Shown: positions 55,084 to 57,620 of the stretch, one piece after another
Numbering within the stretch: position 1 is the first letter of the stretch
Layout: every line of letters starts with the position of its first letter
NCBI GenBank assembly: GCA_018398765.1
Contig: JAHBMJ010000085.1
Coordinates: 1-57,620 of the forward strand
Source: Chromera velia
Taxonomy: Eukaryota
Direction: 5' to 3'
Length of the DNA stretch: 57,620 bases
Translations under genes and position numbers: made by a program
The notes under the pieces: generated by a model
The model's database searches: none
What the model was told of the DNA's origin: nothing
The model's input: the letters and a program-made list of their open reading frames with translations, nothing else

Positions 55084-56415
55084 CGCAGAGAGCGCGCGAA
55101 GGAACGGAGGACATGCAAACAGACGTGACAGACAGATTCTCGCAAAAAATCTGAACACAGTTCGCAATGGTTGTATGCGAAAGAAAACCTGCATGCCATA
55201 GCAGATCGATCGGTGTGAATGCTTAAAGAAGGCCTAGGAGTCTGTCTTTCCCTTTCTTTGGAGGTAGGGCAAAGAAAGAAAACCCACCGCCAGAGGTTGG
55301 AGGGGGGGCTGCAGGCAGTCCTGGTCCCTGTGGCGGGCCTTTTGGACCGCGTCGAGTTCCTCAATCTCCTCGCACAGCTTCTCGATACAATGTCTGTACC
55401 TGAGAAAGTTCTGGACGTCATTTTGGTTTGTTCTGTCAATTTCCAAAACCACTTTTGCCTTTTGCCGCAAGAGGCGTTGCACCACTTGGGTGTGACGGTC
55501 CGGAAGTTGGGGGGACCCATCGGAGTCTTCGACAAAACATTCAGACGGAATGATCAATGCGGCGATGCTCTCTGAAAACCACCGATCAAGATAGGGCAAT
55601 GGAGGAAGCACTTTGGTCATCACCAACGCAACGGACAAACTCGGGTAATCGCACATGGCTCTCAAACTCTTGTACATACGCCACCCGTCATGCTTATCGT
55701 CACTGGTGCAGCTCTGCTCGAGAACGCGACGTCGTTCTGCCTCGTTGTCTTCGTCAGAAAGGGAAAGGTTCGAAAAAGAGGCCAATGCAGCCGCAGCACC
55801 GTTCGCGGGGGCTGGCACATTTTCCGCGGGGTGCCCCGATGCGGCGGCGGCTGCTGCTGCTGCTGGAAGGGGCCTTGCCGCTGGGACTTTCGGATCAAGG
55901 CCGCCGTCAAAGTGTTTGGGGTCCATTGTCATGGGGATTCGGACCCAGACTCTGTAGGACGGGGTGTCCAGCGCCTCGAGAATGGCATTTGCGTAGCGTG
56001 CACAGTTCAAGCTGTCGGGAGTCGGTAGAATGCATGCACGCGTGCCCCAAAAGACTGCCAAATCTACCTCCTCTCGGAGGGCGCTAAGGCTGTATTGCTT
56101 GAACTTTTCGGACACCCTGTTGGAGTCTGTTGAAATCCAGGAGGAGGCAACACCGACAACCCAATCCCTCTCCTCTTGGGCCAGTTTCTTAATAGAAAGA
56201 TAATCGGCAGAGGCCACCGAATCATATTCCTCTGGCAGGTCCGTTCCGGCCTGCTCCAGGCATGGAGGGGGCTTTGTCAAGGGAATGGCCAAAAAGTCCC
56301 AACTTTCCTCATCGATGTGTTTTTTCAGGTCATCGAACTCATTGATCTTTCTTCCGATCCAGCAGATGTCGAGCTCCTTCTCGTTGCCATCTGCATCCAA
56401 TTTTTTGATCGGCAT
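52329..56415 (-). CDS. PRMT5: PRMT5/Skb1-family protein arginine methyltransferase homologue with a divergent active site (~724 aa)
   Basis: Exons 56415-55288, 54771-54547, 53855-53520, 53130-52769, 52449-52329 give the TIM-barrel motifs ([34 protein letters not shown]), [86 protein letters not shown]. Confidence 0.92.
53935..54286. repeat. (CA)n tract punctuated by ~5 copies of CACGCACGCCCGCACACGCAGACG (minisatellite)
   Basis: Visible directly; lies within PRMT5 intron 2. Confidence 0.85.
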
Positions 56416-57479
56416 TGCTTGTGCTATCCGCAAACAACTGCGAAGAACCTCCAAACAGGAGAAGGTCTAGAAAGGAGGAGACGAGTCTTTCGATCAACGA
56501 ACGGCAGTGGGCTGCAGTTGATGATCGAGTCGACAGGCAACTTCAGAGACTTCTCAAATGAAGATGGTCAACGACAGATGGAAAGAACTTCGGATTTCAA
56601 AGTCCATTGAACATCACAACATTGTCTTTGCAGGGTTGATTTCCGGTTGAAAGATGTTGAAGATGTTGAACATATTTTTACGTTGAACATGCGAATCCTC
56701 CGAGGGATCGAGATGGGATCGATCGAAGGCCGGTATCCCAAAAAAAAAATATTAATAGTTAAAAGCTGCTGTCCGAGCAGCTGTCGTCGCGCGCCAATTA
56801 AGGGTGCAATTTCCTCATGCATGCATGTGCGCGCGCAGAACGAGCGCAAGCGATACACGCGCACATGCATAGTTGATAGGGTGCGCCTGTACGCCGGGTA
56901 CGCCAAACATGGCCAGCCCCCCCACTAGTATGCATGGTTAGTGTTGGTCTGCTTTGTGGCGTTATCTAGTGAAGTCCTGGACAAAAAACCCGCACAAGCA
57001 TGCAGACTTGCGTCTATGGGAAAAACAGGCCTAAACGCCATTAAAACGCTCCAGCGGCATTGATAATCTGCATCTCGATTGTCAGACGCCGCCCTGCATA
57101 GAGGAGACCAACTGAAAACGGTTAACCAGCTTCGATCAACCCCCACCCCCAAGAGCCGGCAGCTAAAAAGCCTCCTCCGGACACTCTTTTCCCACCCCTC
57201 CCTGCCATGCGGGTGTGGTAAGGTGCACGTGCGGTGATGTTTATGTGTCAATGGATATTATATACATACACGGTGCGGTGTCTGTTGATGGTCAGAGCCA
57301 GCGCGTAACCCAGAACGGGTCACACCACGCAGAGGTAACACTCACTCAGTATCACACAGCCAGATTTGACTGAAGGCAGACTAAGGGGGGCTACGGGCAG
57401 CGTGAGGCAGTGAGTACGTCCACATACACACCCACCCAATACTTAGTACACCCATACACACTAATACATACATACACAG

Positions 57480-57521
57480 GAATACTTACAGACACTTACC
57501 CACACTTACACACAGACACAC

Positions 57522-57568
<47 letters not shown>

Positions 57569-57580
57569 CATACACACACA

Positions 57581-57620
<40 letters not shown>
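57480..57620. repeat. (CA)n/(TA)n microsatellite
   Basis: Visible directly at the window end. Confidence 0.9.

Overview
This is intron-rich, microsatellite-laden eukaryotic nuclear DNA, not a prokaryotic locus. Bipartite signal+transit presequences on two proteins, frequent TGCATG motifs and GTCAGT/GTGAGT donors suggest a secondary-plastid alveolate such as Chromera velia; that assignment is inference only. Most ORFs in the supplied track are microsatellite or antisense artefacts. By hand-splicing GT-AG exons with conserved reading frame I reconstructed: (1) a 10+-exon type-I membrane protein (minus, 5272 to <261) whose ectodomain looks like a His-less Cu/Zn-SOD fold; (2) an intronless N-anchored hypothetical protein (6750-7550); (3) a plastid-type FtsH/M41-like Zn-peptidase without an AAA domain (minus); (4) APE2/Apn2 AP endonuclease with a zf-GRF; (5) a START-domain protein (minus); (6) a coiled-coil hypothetical protein (minus); (7) a 12-exon, plastid-type long U32-family (RlhA-like) Fe-S protein; (8) a PRMT5 homologue (minus) in which both catalytic double-E-loop glutamates and the product-specificity Phe are substituted. 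Non-coding features include a copia RNase H remnant, a candidate solo LTR, an AT-rich block with GGTTACA/AAACC iterated motifs, GCA-loop hairpins, a ~1 kb direct duplication with a third partial copy, and small duplications of gene ends. All exon models are predictions from sequence only.
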